Positions 1-12,119 are shown, counted from the stretch's first letter. The stretch: 64,000 bases of DNA from Lingula anatina (GCA_051362555.1 CM120645.1:17918001-17982000), one strand, 5' to 3'. Notes: a model not told the origin generated them from the sequence alone. Translations and numbers: made by a program.

Positions 1-489
1 ATAACAAAGTGACAGTCACCTCAACCTGTCTATCTATAACAGGTTACCAAGAACTGGTAACTTTACTAACGTAACTCCATCACATTTACAGCAACTTATT
101 CATCCTGATGCTGACCTTGCAAGGAATTCAGTTTATTGGAATGTATTTCTGAATAACAAGTTAAGAAAATTCACTAGTTCACTAAAGACACAAAACAACT
201 GTCACGTTTACTTTAAAACCCTTTTGTTATTATTTTGATAAATTTATATAGTTACAGTATTGATAAACAAAGTATCACGTTTTCAATAATTAATATTTTA
301 AATTACAATCCATAACTGCATGGTTGTGTCAATTACCAATATACCATGTTGAGTCAATGTCACATTATGACGGTTTTTTGATGTGGCTGGATCAATGTTG
401 ATTTTACGTTGAATTTAGGTAGATCAACAGCAATTCAAAGTATCAACCTGTTTTCAACATTGATCCAACGTGCCTATGCCTGCTGGGTA

Positions 490-960
490 GAGCCAATTTT
501 AACATCTTCGACTTTCCAATTGTGGTGGTTGAGCTACACAAATTGTGAGACACCGATTGTTGTAGTGCTGACTAATTCCATTATGTTTAAAGTACTAGAG
601 CCGAATTTGACAGCATCGATTTTTCAATTGTTGTAGTTGAGCTGGACCAATCGCTAGGCTGGGAGAAAAACTGCAGGCTCCCCCTGGGATTCGAACCCGG
701 GACTCTTGCTCACTGTCCAACTGCTCTACCAACTGAGCTACCCAGCCAGGGCCAACACCCGGCAGCCGTTACAGGGGCTAGAGCCAATTTTAACATCTTC
801 GACTTTCCAATTGTGGTAGTTGAGCTAGACCAATCGCGACACACCGATTGTACTAGTTCGGATCAATTCCAGTATGTTTAAAGTACTATAGCCAATTTCG
901 ACAGCATAGACTTTCTGATTGTGGTAGTTGAGCTGGACCAATCACTAGGCTGGGAGAAAA
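490..960 (-). repeat. ~110-bp subrepeats associated with a tRNA-like head; mirrored at ~13670-14235
   Basis: Recurrent motif caattgtggtagttgagct(a/g)gaccaatc...acaccgattgt...gtttaaagtacta at ~515, 625, 808, 918; reverse-complement copies at 13680-14235. Confidence 0.75.
675..747 (-). ncRNA. Diverged tRNA-like/SINE head with Pol III A and B boxes
   Basis: Minus strand reads GGCTGGGTAGCTCAGTTGGTAGAGCA...GAGTCCCGGGTTCGAATCCCAGGGGGAGCCT then GCAGTTTTT (T5 terminator). Anticodon and acceptor stems are degenerate. An internally deleted mirror copy lies at ~13999-14051 (+). Confidence 0.75.
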
Positions 961-1482
961 ACGGCATTACAAAGCATAAGTCCAGTCTTTTTTCCAAACT
1001 CAAACCTGTTAAGGTAAACAGCGTGTTCCAATCCCAGGCGAGCCTGTCCCCCCAAAGAGACATTAGACCAACCGTTTAAGATAGAAAGGACTATTATGAC
1101 AATTTTAAGGAAATGTAAAGGGCATTTTCTTGACAGTCCCAGGTTAGAATCCCGAGCAAACCTGGTGTTTTCTCCCTCCAAAGAGACATAAGACAAACCG
1201 TTTACATTAGAAAGGAATATTATGACAATTTTAAGGTACTTTAAAGGGGATTAAGGCCAATTTGAAAACTATTGAGCTTACCTGACAAATCAAACAAGCA
1301 TTTCATAGTTTCTGAAATCAAAACTGTTCAGACAAACAGCGCCGACGTGGTGTGCCATGGCGCAATTTACCTGGAACCAATTCACCCCTCTTTCTTACCT
1401 CCACATCTACAAGAGCTCATGTCAAGATGAGCCTGGATCATTTCTTGACAGGTACCTGTAGTGGACAAGCAAGATGGACCCA

Positions 1483-1555
1483 GGCTTGGTAGCTCAGTTG
1501 GTTAGAACAGTCGGATGGTTTGCGAAAGTCCCGGGTTCGAATCCCGATCGAGTCT
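1483..1555 (+). pseudogene. tRNA-like element, copy L1
   Basis: A box TAGCTCAGTTGG, B box GGTTCGAATCC; mismatches in D, anticodon and T stems; TTTT follows within ~5 nt. Confidence 0.75.
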
Positions 1556-1834
1556 GGTGTTTTCTTCTCCAAAATAGACATTAGACCAACTGTTTACGAT
1601 AATAAAGACAATATGAATGACTGTTGAACTTACCTGACAAATCTAACAAGCATTTCATAGTTTCTGAAATCAAAACTGTTAAGACAAACAGCGCCGACGT
1701 GGTGTGCCATGACGCAATTTACCTGGAACCAATTCACCCCTCTTTCTTACCTCCACATCTACAAGAGCTCATGTCAAGATGAGCCTGGATCATTTCTTGA
1801 CAGGTACCTGTAGTGGACAAGCAAGATGGACAGA

Positions 1835-1907
1835 GGCTCGGTAGCTCAGTTGGTTAGAACAGTCGGATGGTTTGCGAAAGTCCCGGGTTCGAATCACGAT
1901 CGAGCCT
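1835..1907 (+). pseudogene. tRNA-like element, copy L2
   Basis: Same A box; T stem disrupted (GGTTCGAATCACGA); TTTT downstream. Confidence 0.7.
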
Positions 1908-2186
1908 GGTGTTTTCTTCTCCAAAATAGACATTAGACCAACTGTTTACGATAATAAAGACAATATGAATGACTGTTGAACTTACCTGCCAAATCTAACG
2001 AGCATTTCATAGTTTCTAAAATCAAAACTGTTAAGATAAACAGCGCCGACGTGGTGTGCCATGGCGCAATTTACCTGGAACCAATTCATCCCTCTTTCTT
2101 ACCTCCACTTCTAGGAGAGCTCATGTCAAGATGAGCCTGGATCATTTCTTGACAGGTACAGGTAGAGGACAAGCAAGGTTGACCCG

Positions 2187-2259
2187 GGCTCGGTAGCTCA
2201 GTTGGTTAGAGCAGTCGCATGGTTTGCGAAAGTCCCGGGTTCGAATCCCGGTCGAGCCT
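2187..2259 (+). tRNA. tRNA-like gene with near-intact cloverleaf (Pro-like body, nominal anticodon GGT), copy L3
   Basis: GGCTCGG-TA-GCTC AGTTGGTTA GAGC-A-GTCGC ATGGTTT GCGAA-AGTC-CCGGG TTCGAAT CCCGG-TCGAGCC-T. Acceptor, D and T stems pair fully; anticodon stem pairs 4/5; loop non-canonical (A32, T37); followed by GGTATTTT. Confidence 0.6.
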
Positions 2260-2520
2260 GGTATTTTCTTCTCCAAAATAGACATTAGACCAACTGTTTA
2301 CGATAATAAAGACAATATGAATGACTGTCTAACGAGCATTTCATAGTTTCTGAAATCAAAAATGTTAAGATAAACAGCGCCGACGTGGTGTGCCATGGCG
2401 CAATTTACCTGGAACCAATTCACCCCTCTTTCTTACCTCCACTTCTAGGAGAGCTCATGTCAAGATGAGCCTGGATCATTTCTTGACAGGTACAGGTAGA
2501 GGACAAGCAAGGTTGACCCG

Positions 2521-2593
2521 GGCTCGGTAGCTCAGTTGGTTAGAACTGTCGCATGGTTTGCGAAAGTCCCGGGTTCGAATCCCGATCGAGCCT
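2521..2593 (+). pseudogene. tRNA-like element, copy L4
   Basis: A/B boxes intact; GAAC in the D stem; CCCGA in the T stem; TTTT downstream. Confidence 0.75.
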
Positions 2594-2873
2594 GGTATTT
2601 TCTGCACCCATAAAAGACATTAGACCAACGGTTTACGGTAATGAGGACAAACTGAATGACTGTTGAGCTTACCTGACAAATCTAACGAGCATTTCATAGC
2701 TTCTAAATTCAAATTTGTTAAGACAAAAAGCGCCGACGTGTTGTGCCATGGCGCAATTTTCCTGGAACCAGTTCATCTCTCTTTATTACCTCCACATCTA
2801 CGAGAGCTCATGTCAAGATGAGCCTGGATCATTTCTTGACAGGTACCTGTAGTGGACAAGCAAGATTGACCAA

Positions 2874-2946
2874 GGCTCGGTAGCTCAGTTGGTTAGAACT
2901 GTCGCATGGTTTGCGAAAGTCCCAGGTTCAAATCCCGGTCGAGCCT
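2874..2946 (+). pseudogene. tRNA-like element, copy L5 (innermost)
   Basis: A box intact; T loop TTCAAAT as in many eukaryotic tRNA-Pro; ends TCGAGCCT. Confidence 0.75.
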
Positions 2947-3120
2947 GATGGTTTCTCCCCCATTAGACGATTAATCAATTTAAATTTAAAAGGCACTAAA
3001 TAAGCTAATCTGACTATTGAGCTGGGCCAGTACAACTGATAAAGGATAGAAACGACAATTTTAAGGCTCTTTAAGGGGGATTTAAGCCAATTCCTAGACT
3101 GTTAAGCTTGGCCCGTACAT

Positions 3121-6100
3121 AAAAAAAAAAGCGAAAAGAACGGCTTTAGAAACATGAAAAGAAGGGCTTTAGAGACTTGAAAAGAAGCAAAAAGAAAGGC
3201 TTTAGAGACATGTTAAGAGGGCGTTAGAGATGAAAAGAAGCGAAAAGAAGGGCGTTAGAGACATGAAATGAAGCGAAAAGAAGGGCTTTAGAGACATGAA
3301 AAGAAGGGCTTAAGGGAAAAAAAAGGAAGGAAAAGAAGGGCTTTAGAGACATGGAAAGGAAGGAAAAGAAGGGCTTGAGAGACATGAAAAGAACGGCTTA
3401 AGGGACAAAAAAGGAAGGAAAAGAAGGGCTTTAGAGACATGGAAAGGAAGGAAAAGAAGGGCTTAAGAGACATGAAAAGAACGGCTTAAGGGACAAAAAA
3501 GGAAGGAAAAGAAGGGCTTTAAAGACATGGAAAGGAAGGAAAAGAAGGGCTTTAGAGACATGGAAAGGAAGGAAAAGAAGGGCTTGAGAGACATGAAAAG
3601 AACGGCTTAAGGGACAAAAAAGGAAGGAAAAGAAGGGCTTTAGAGACATGGAAAGGAAGGAAAAGAAGGGCTTTAGAGACATGGAAAGGAAGGAAATGAA
3701 GGGCTTAAGAGACATGAAAAGAACGGCTTAAGGGACAAAAAAGGAAGGAAAAGAAGGGCTTTAGAGACATGGAAAGGAAGGAAAAGAAGGGCTTTAGAGA
3801 CATGGAAAGGAAGGAAAAGAAGGGCTTTAAAGACATGGAAAGGAAGGAAAAGAAGGGCTTTAGAGACATGGAAAGGAAGGAAAAGAAGGGCTTTAAAGAC
3901 ATTGAAAGGAAGGAAAAGAAGGGCTTTAAAGACATTGAAAGGAAGGGCTTAAGGGACAAAAAAGGAAGGAAAAGAAGGGCTTTAGAGACATGGAAAGGAA
4001 GGAAAAGAAGGGCTTTAGAGACATTGAAAGGAAGGAAAAGAAGGGCTTTAATGACATGGAAAGAAGGGCTTAAGGGACAAAAAAGGAAGGAAAAGAAATG
4101 CTTTAAAGACATGGAAAGGAAGGAAAAGAAGGGCTTTAGAGACATGGAAAGGAAGGAAAAGAAGGGCTTTAGAGACATTGAAAGGAAGGAAAAGAAGGGC
4201 TTTAATGACATGGAAAGAAGGGCTTAAGGGACAAAAAAGGAAGGAAAAGAAATGCTTTAAAGACATGGAAAGGAAGGAAAAGAAGGGCTTTAGAGACATG
4301 GAAAGGAAGGAAAAGAAGGGCTTAAGAGACAAAAAAGGAAGGAAAAGAAGGGCTTTAGAGACATGGAAAGGAAGGAAAAGAAGGGCTTTAGAGACATGGA
4401 AAGGAAGGAAAAGAAGGGCTTAAGAGACAAAAAAGGAAGGAAAAGAAGGGCTTTAGAGACATGGAAAGGAAGGAAAAGAAGGGCTTTAGAGACATGGAAA
4501 GGAAGGAAAAGAAGGGCTTAAGAGACATGAAAAGAACGGCTTAAGGGACAAAAAAGGAAGGAAAAGAACGGCTTAAGGGACAAAAAAGGAAGGAAAAGAA
4601 GGGCTTTAAAGACATGGAAAGGAAGGAAAAGAAGGGCTTAAGAGACATGAAAAGAACGGCTTAAGGGACAAAAAAGGAAGGAAAAGAAGGGCTTTAGAGA
4701 CATGGAAAGGAAGGAAAAGAAGGGCTTAAGAGACATGAAAAGAACGGCTTAAGGGACAAAATAGGAACGAAAAGAACGGCTTAAGGGACAAAAAAGGAAG
4801 GAAAAGAAGGGCTTTAGAGACATGGAAAGGAAGGAAAAGAAGGGCTTTAGAGACATGGAAAGGAAGGAAAAAAAGGGCTTTAAAGACATTGAAAGGAAGG
4901 AAAAGAAGGGCTTTAGAGACATGGAAAGGAAGGAAAAGAAGGGCTTTAGAGACATGGAAAGAACGGCTTAAGGGACAAAAAAGGGAGGAAAAAGAAGGGC
5001 TTTAGAGACATGGAAAGGAAGGAAAAGAAGGGCTTTAGAGACATGGAAAGAACGGCTTAAGGGACAAAAAAGGAAGGAAAAGAAGGGCTTTAGAGACATG
5101 GAAAGGAAGGAAAAGAAGGGCTTTGGAGACATGGAAAGGAAGGAAAAGAAGGGCTTTAAAGACATTGAAAGGAAGGAAAAGAAGGGCTTTAGAGACATGG
5201 AAAGAACGGCTTAAGGGACAAAAAAAGAAGGAAAAGAAGGGCTTTAGAGACATGGAAAGGAAGGAAAAAAAGGGCTTTAAAGACATTGAAAGGAAGGAAA
5301 AGAAGGGCTTTAGAGACATGGAAAGGAAGGAAAAGAAGGGCTTTAAAGACATTGAAAGGAAGGAAAAGAAGGGCTTTAGAGACATGGAAAGGAAGGAAAA
5401 AAAGGGCTTTAAAGACATTGAAAGGAAGGAAAAGAAGGGCTTTAGAGACATGGAAAGGAAGGAAAAGAAGGGCTTTAAAGACATTGAAAGGAAGGAAAAG
5501 AAGGGCTTTAGAGACATGGAAAGGAAGGAAAAGAAGGGCTTAAGAGACATGGAAAGGAAGGAAAAGAAGGGCTTTAAAGACATTGAAAGGAAGGAAAAGA
5601 AGGGCTTTAGAGACATGGAAAGGAAGGAAAAGAAGGGCTTAAGAGACATGAAAAGAACGGCTTAAGGGACAAAATAGGAAGGAAAAGAACGGCTTAAGGG
5701 ACAAAAAAGGAAGGAAAAGAAGGGCTTTAGAGACATGGAAAGGAAGGAAAAGAAGGGCTTTAGAGACATGAAAAGAACGGCTTAAGGGACAAAATAGGAA
5801 GGAAAAGAACGGCTTAAGGGACAAAAAAGGAAGGAAAAGAAGGGCTTTAGAGACATGGAAAGGAAGGAAAAGAAGGGCTTTAGAGACATGGAAAGGAAGG
5901 AAAAGAAGGGCTTAAGAGACATGGAAAGGAAGGAAAAGAAGGGCTTTAAAGACATTGAAAGGAAGGAAAAGAAGGGCTTTAGAGACATGGAAAGGAAGGA
6001 AAAGAAGGGCTTAAGAGACATGAAAAGAACGGCTTAAGGGACAAAATAGGAAGGAAAAGAACGGCTTAAGGGACAAAAAAGGAAGGAAAAGAAGGGCTTT

Positions 6101-8132
6101 AGAGACATGGAAAGGAAGGAAAAGAAGGGCTTTAGAGACATGGAAAGGAAGGAAAAGAAGGGCTTTAAAGACATTGAAAGGAAGGAAAAGAAGGGCTTTA
6201 GAGACATGGAAAGGAAGGAAAAGAAGGGCTTTAGAGACATGGAAAGGAAGGAAAAGAAGGGCTTTAAAGACATTGAAAGGAAGGAAAAGAAGGGCTTTAG
6301 AGACATGGAAAGAACGGCTTAAGGGACAAAAAAAGAAGGAAAAGAAGAGCTTTAGAGACATGGAAAGGAAGGAAAAGAAGGGCTTTAGAGACATGGAAAG
6401 AACGGCTTAAGGGACAAAAAAAGAAGGAAAAGAAGAGCTTTAGAGACATGGAAAGGAAGGAAAAGAAGGGCTTTAGAGACATGGAAAGAACGGCTTAAGG
6501 GACAAAAAAGGAAGGAAAAGAAGGGCTTTAGAGACATGGAAAGGAAGGAAAAGAAGGGCTTTAAAGACATTGAAAGGAAGGAAAAGAAGGGCTTTAGAGA
6601 CATGGAAAGAACGGCTTAAGGGACAAAAAAAGAAGGAAAAGAAGAGCTTTAGAGACATGGAAAGGAAGGAAAAGAAGGGCTTTAGAGACATGGAAAGAAC
6701 GGCTTAAGGGACAAAAAAGGAAGGAAAAGAAGGGCTTTAGAGACATGGAAAGGAAGGAAAAGAAGGGCTTTAAAGACATTGAAAGGAAGGAAAAGAAGGG
6801 CTTTAGAGACATGGAAAGAACGGCTTAAGGGACAAAAAAAGAAGGAAAAGAAGAGCTTTAGAGACATGGAAAGGAAGGAAAAGAAGGGCTTTAGAGACAT
6901 GGAAAGAACGGCTTAAGGGACAAAAAAGGAAGGAAAAGAAGGGCTTTAAAGACATGGAAAGGAAGGAAAAGAAGGGCTTTAGAGACATGGAAAGGAAGGA
7001 AAAGAAGGGCTTTAGAGACATGGAAAGGACGGCTTTAGAGACATGGAAAGGAAGGAAAAGAAGGGCTTTAGAGACATGGAAAGGAAGGAAAAGAAGGGCT
7101 TTAGAGACATGGAAAGAAGGGCTTTAGAGACATGGAAAGGAAGGAAAAGAAGGGCTTTAGAGACATGGAAAGGAAGGAAAAGAAGGGCTTAAGAGACATG
7201 AAAAGAACGGCTTAAGGGACAAAAAAGGAAGGAAAAGAAGGGCTTTAGAGACATGGAAAGGAAGGAAAAGAAGGGCTTTAGAGACATGGAAAGGAAGGAA
7301 AAGAAGGGCTTTAGAGACATGGAAAGGAAGGAAAAGAAGGGCTTTATAGACATTGAAAGGAAGGAAAAGAAGGGCTTTAGAGACATGGAAAGGAAGGAAA
7401 AGAAGGGCTTAAGAGACATGAAAAGAACGGCTTAAGGGACAAAATAGGAAGGAAAAGAACGGCTTAAGGGACAAAAAAGGAAGGAAAAGAAGGGCTTTAA
7501 AGACATTGAAAGGAAGGAAAAGAAGGGCTTTAGAGACATGGAAAGAACGGCTTAAGGGACAAAAAAGGAAGGAAAAGAAGGGCTTTAGAGACATGGAAAG
7601 GAAGGAAAAAAAGGGCTTTAAAGACATTGAAAGGAAGGAAAAGAAGGGCTTTAGAGACATTGAAAGGAAGGAAAAGAAGGGCTTTAGAGACATGGAAAGG
7701 AAGGAAAAGAAGGGCTTTAGAGACATGGAAAGGAAGGAAAAGAAGGGCTTAAGAGACATGAAAGAGAACGGCTTAAGGGACAAAATAGGAAGGAAAAGAA
7801 CGGCTTAAGGGACAAAAAAGGAAGGAAAAGAAGGGCTTTAAAGACATTGAAAGGAAGGAAAAGAAGGGCTTTAGAGACATGGAAAAAACGGCTTAAGGGA
7901 CAAAAAAGGAAGGAAAAGAAGGGCTTTAGAGACATGGAAAGGAAGGAAAAGAAGGGCTTTAGAGACATGGAAAGAACGGCTTAAGGGACAAAAAAGGAAG
8001 GAAAAGAAGGGCTTTAGAGACATGGAAAGGAAGGAAAAGAAGGGCTTTAGAGACATGGAAAGAACGGCTTAAGGGACAAAAAAGAAGGAAAAGAAGAGCT
8101 TTAGAGACATGGAAAGGAAAGGCTTTAGAAAG
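3121..8132 (+). repeat. Purine-rich minisatellite, left arm (33-bp unit TTTAGAGACATGGAAAGGAAGGAAAAGAAGGGC plus 23- and 32-bp variants)
   Basis: Direct reading; ORF offsets of 88, 121 and 209 bp (6385/6594/6803) show higher-order periodicity. Confidence 0.97.
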
Positions 8133-8134
8133 GC

Positions 8135-11100
8135 TTCCTTCTTTTCCTTCTTTTTTTGTCCCTTAAGCCGTTCTTTTCATGTCTCTAAAGCCCTTCTTTT
8201 CCTTCCTTTCCATGTCTCTAAAGCCCTTCTTTTCCTTCCTTTCTATGTCTCTCAAGCCCTTCTTTTCCTTCCTTTCCATGTCTCTAAAGCCCTTCTTTTC
8301 CTTCCTTTCCATGTCTTTAAAGCCCTTCTTTTCCTTCCTTTTTTGTCCCTTAAGCCGTTCTTTTCATGTCTCTCAAGCCCTTCTTTTCCTTCCTTTCCAT
8401 GTCTCTAAAGCCCTTCTTTTCCTTCCTTTCCATGTCTTTAAAGCCCTTCTTTTCCTTCCTTTCCATGTCTCTAAAGCCCTTCTTTTCCTTCCTTTCTATG
8501 TCTCTCAAGCCCTTCTTTTCCTTCCTTTCCATGTCTCTAAAGCCCTTCTTTTCCTTCCTTTCCATGTCTTTAAAGCCCTTCTTTTCCTTCCTTTTTTGTC
8601 CCTTAAGCCGTTCTTTTCATGTCTCTCAAGCCCTTCTTTTCCTTCCTTTCCATGTCTCTAAAGCCCTTCTTTTCCTTCCTTTCCATGTCTTTAAAGCCCT
8701 TCTTTTCCTTCCTTTTTTGTCCCTTAAGCCGTTCTTTTCATGTCTCTTAAGCCCTTCTTTTCCTTCCTTTCCATGTCTCTAAAGCCCTTCTTTTCGCTTC
8801 ATTTCTTGTCTTTAAAGCCCTTCTTTTCCTTCCTTTCCATGTCTTTAAAGCCCTTCTTTTCCTTCCTTTCCATGTCTTTAAAGCCCTTCTTTTCCTTCCT
8901 TTTTTGCCCCTTAAGCCCTTCCTTTCCATGTCTCTAAAGCCCTTCTTTTCCTTCCTTTCCATGTCTTTAAAGCCCTTCTTTTCCTTCCTTTCCATGTCTT
9001 TAAAGCCCTTCTTTTCCTTCCTTTTTTGTCCCTTAAGCCCTTCTTTTCATGTCTCTTAAGGCCTTCTTTTCCTTTCTTTTCATATTTTTAACGCCCTTCT
9101 TTTCGCTTCTTTTCATCTCTAACGCCCTCTTTTCATGTCTCTAAAGCCCTTCTTTTCCTTCCTTTCCATGTCTTTAAAGCCCTTCTTTTCCTTCCTTTTT
9201 TGTCCCTTAAGCCGTTCTTTTCATGTCTCTCAAGCCCTTCTTTTCCTTCCTTTCCATGTCTCTAAAGCCCTTCTTTTCCTTCCTTTCCATGTCTTTAAAG
9301 CCCTTCTTTTCCTTCCTTTTTTGTCCCTTAAGCCGTTCTTTTCATGTCTCTTAAGCCCTTCTTTTCCTTCCTTTCCATGTCTCTAAAGCCCTTCTTTTCG
9401 CTTCATTTCTTGTCTTTAAAGCCCTTCTTTTCCTTCCTTTCCATGTCTTTAAAGCCCTTCTTTTCCTTCCTTTCCATGTCTTTAAAGCCCTTCTTTTCCT
9501 TCCTTTTTTGCCCCTTAAGCCCTTCCTTTCCATGTCTCTAAAGCCCTTCTTTTCCTTCCTTTCCATGTCTTTAAAGCCCTTCTTTTCCTTCCTTTCCATG
9601 TCTTTAAAGCCCTTCTTTTCCTTCCTTTTTTGTCCCTTAAGCCCTTCTTTTCATGTCTCTTAAGGCCTTCTTTTCCTTTCTTTTCATATTTTTAACGCCC
9701 TTCTTTTCGCTTCTTTTCATCTCTAACGCCCTCTTTTCATGTCTCTAAAGCCCTTCTTTTCCTTCCTTTTTTGTCCCTTAAGCCGTTCTTTTCATGTCTC
9801 TTAAGCCCTTCTTTTCCTTTCTTTCCATGTCTCTAACGCCCTTCTTTTCGCTTTTTTTCATCTCTAACGCCTTCTTTTCATGTCTCTAAAGCCCTTCTTT
9901 TCGCTTCATTTCTTGTCTTTAAAGCCCTTCTTTTCCTTCCTTTCCATGTCTCTAAAGCCCTTCTTTTCCTTCCTTTCCATGTCTCTAAAGCCCTTCTTTT
10001 CCTTCCTTTCCATGTCTCTAAAGCCCTTCTTTTCCTTCCTTTCCATGTCTCTAAAGCTCTCTTTCTCCTTCCTTTTTTGTCTCATAAGCCCTTCCTTTCC
10101 ATGTCTCTAAAGCCCTTCTTTTCCTTTCTTTTCATGTCTCTAAAGCTCTCTTTCTCCTTCCTTTTTTGTCTCATAAGCCCTTCTTTTCATGTCTCTAAAG
10201 CCCTTCTTTTCCTTCCTTTCCATGTCTCTAAAGCCCTTCTTTTCCTTCCTTTCCATGTCTCTTAAGCCCTTCTTTTCCTTTCTTTCCATGTCTCTAACGC
10301 CCTTCTTTTCGCTTTTTTTCATCTCTAACGCCCTCTTTTCATGTCTCTAAAGCCCTTCTTTTCGCTTCATTTCTTGTCTCTTAAGCCCTTCTTTTCCTTC
10401 CTTTTTTGTCCCTTAAGCCCTTCCTTTCCATGTCTCTAAAGCCCTTCTTTTCCTTCCTTTCCATGTCTCTAAAGCCCTTCTTTTCCTTCCTTTCCATGTC
10501 TTTAAAGCCCTTCTTTTCCTTCCTTTTTTTGTCCCTTAAGCCCTTCTTTTCATGTCTCTTAAGGCCTTCTTTTCCTTTCTTTTCATATTTTTAACGCCCT
10601 TCTTTTCGCTTCTTTTCATCTCTAACGCCCTCTTTTCATGTCTCTAAAGCCCTTCTTTTCCTTCCTTTCCATGTCTTTAAAGCCCTTCTTTTCCTTCCTT
10701 TCCATGTTTTTAAAGCCCTTCTTTTCCTTCCTTTTTTTGTCCCTTAAGCCCTTCTTTTCATGTCTCTAATGCCCTTCTTTTCCTTCCTTTCAATGTCTTT
10801 AAAGCCCTTCTTTTCCTTCCTTTCCATGTCTCTAAAGCCCTTCTTTTCCTTCCTTTTCCATGTCTTTAAAGCCCTTCTTTTCCTTCCTTTCCATGTCTCT
10901 AAAGCCCTTCTTTTCATGTCTCTAAAGCCTTTCTTTTCCTTCCTTTTTTGTCTCTTAAACCCTTCTTTTCATGTCTCTAAAGCCCTTCTTTTCCTTCCTT
11001 TCCATGTCTCTAAAGCCCTTCTTTTCATGTCTCTAAAGCCTTTCTTTTCCTTCCTTTTTTGTCTCTTAAACCCTTCTTTTCATGTCTCTAAAGCCCTTTT

Positions 11101-11496
11101 ATTCCTTTCTTTTTTGTCTCTTAAGCCCTTTTATTCCTTTCTTTTCATGTCTCTAAAGCCCTTCTTTTCCTTTCTTTTCATGTCTCTAAAGCCCTTTTAT
11201 TCCTTTCTTTTCATGTCTCTAAAGCCCTTCTTTTCATGTCTCTTAAGCCTTTCTTTTCCTTCCTTTTGTGTCTCTTAAGCCTTTCTTTTCATGTCTCTAA
11301 AGCCCTTCTTTTCCTTCTTTTCATGTCTCTAAAGCCCTTTTATTCCTTTATTTTTTTGTCTCTTAAGCCCTTCTTTTCATGTCTCTAAAGCCCTTTTATT
11401 CCTTTCTTTTTTGTCTCTTACGCCCTTCTTTTCATGTCTCTAAAGCCTTTCTTTTCCTTCCTTTTTTGGCTCTTAAGTCCTTCTTTTCATGTCTCT
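8135..11496 (-). repeat. Same minisatellite in inverted orientation, right arm
   Basis: Unit gcccttcttttccttcctttccatgtctctaaa; internal 253-bp and 604-bp duplications (ORF ends 8408/8661, ORF starts 8740/9344); degenerates outward. Confidence 0.97.
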
Positions 11497-11694
11497 GTAC
11501 TGGCCCAGCTCAACAGTCTAGGAATTGGTTTAAATCCCCCTTAAAGGGCCGAAAAGTCCCTTAAAATTGTCATTTCTATCCTTAAATCGGTTGTACTGGC
11601 CCAGCTCAATAGTCAAATAGTAAAATCCCTTTTTTAGTGCCTTTTAAATTTAAATTGATCTATCGTAAACGGTTGGTCGGGGGAGAAACCATCA

Positions 11695-11767
11695 GGGCTC
11701 GACCGGGATTCGAACCCGGGACATTCGCAAACCATGCGACAGTTCTAACCAACTGAGCAACCGAGCC
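11695..11767 (-). pseudogene. tRNA-like element, copy R1 (innermost)
   Basis: Minus strand: GGCTCGGTTGCTCAGTTGGTTAGAACTGTCGCATGGTTTGCGAATGTCCCGGGTTCGAATCCCGGTCGAGCCC; the 3' end CGAGCCC matches tRNA-Pro. Confidence 0.75.
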
Positions 11768-12046
11768 TGGGTCAATCTTGCTTGTCCACTACAGGTACCT
11801 GTCAAGAAATGATCCAGGCTCATCTTGACATGAGCTCTCGTAGATGTGGAGGTAATAAAGAGAGATGGACTGGTTCCAGGAAAATTGCGCCATGGCACAA
11901 CACGTCGGCGCTGTTTGTCTTAACAGATTTGAATTCAGAAACTATGAAATGCTCGTTAGATTTGTCAGGTAAGCTCAACAGTCACTCAATTTGTCCTTAT
12001 TATCATAAACAGTTGGTTTAATGTCTATTTTGGAGAAGAAAACACC

Positions 12047-12119
12047 AGGCTCGACCGGGATTCGAACCCGGGACTTTCGCAAACCATCCACCTGTTCTAA
12101 CCAACTGAGCTACCGAGCC
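12047..12119 (-). pseudogene. tRNA-like element, copy R2
   Basis: A/B boxes, acceptor and T stems intact; anticodon stem broken. Confidence 0.75.

Larger units (their letters stand above)
1270..2960 (+). repeat. Tandem array of five ~352-bp units, each ending in a tRNA-like element
   Basis: tRNA-like starts at 1483, 1835, 2187, 2521, 2874 (spacing 352, 352, 334, 353) with a conserved spacer. Confidence 0.95.

Noticed and set aside
1627-1637. ACTTACCTG resembling the U1 snRNA 5' end
   Set aside because: Downstream sequence does not resemble U1; better explained as the reverse complement of a 5' splice site.
2187-2259. Call as a bona fide tRNA-Thr(GGT)
   Set aside because: Non-canonical anticodon loop (A32, T37), Pro-like acceptor stem and broken stems in sibling copies; kept only as tRNA-like.
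1270-11496. CRISPR-like regular repeats
   Set aside because: No unique spacers, no cas genes, eukaryotic context.
3288-11564. ORFs of repeating MERKEKKGFRD / MSLKPFFSFLS peptides
   Set aside because: By-products of a 33-bp unit; frames break at every 23/32-bp variant and occur on both strands.
11782-12021. 79-aa unspliced ORF as a stand-alone gene
   Set aside because: Open only because this copy has TGG where sibling units have TGA; considered instead under the spliced micro-exon hypothesis.
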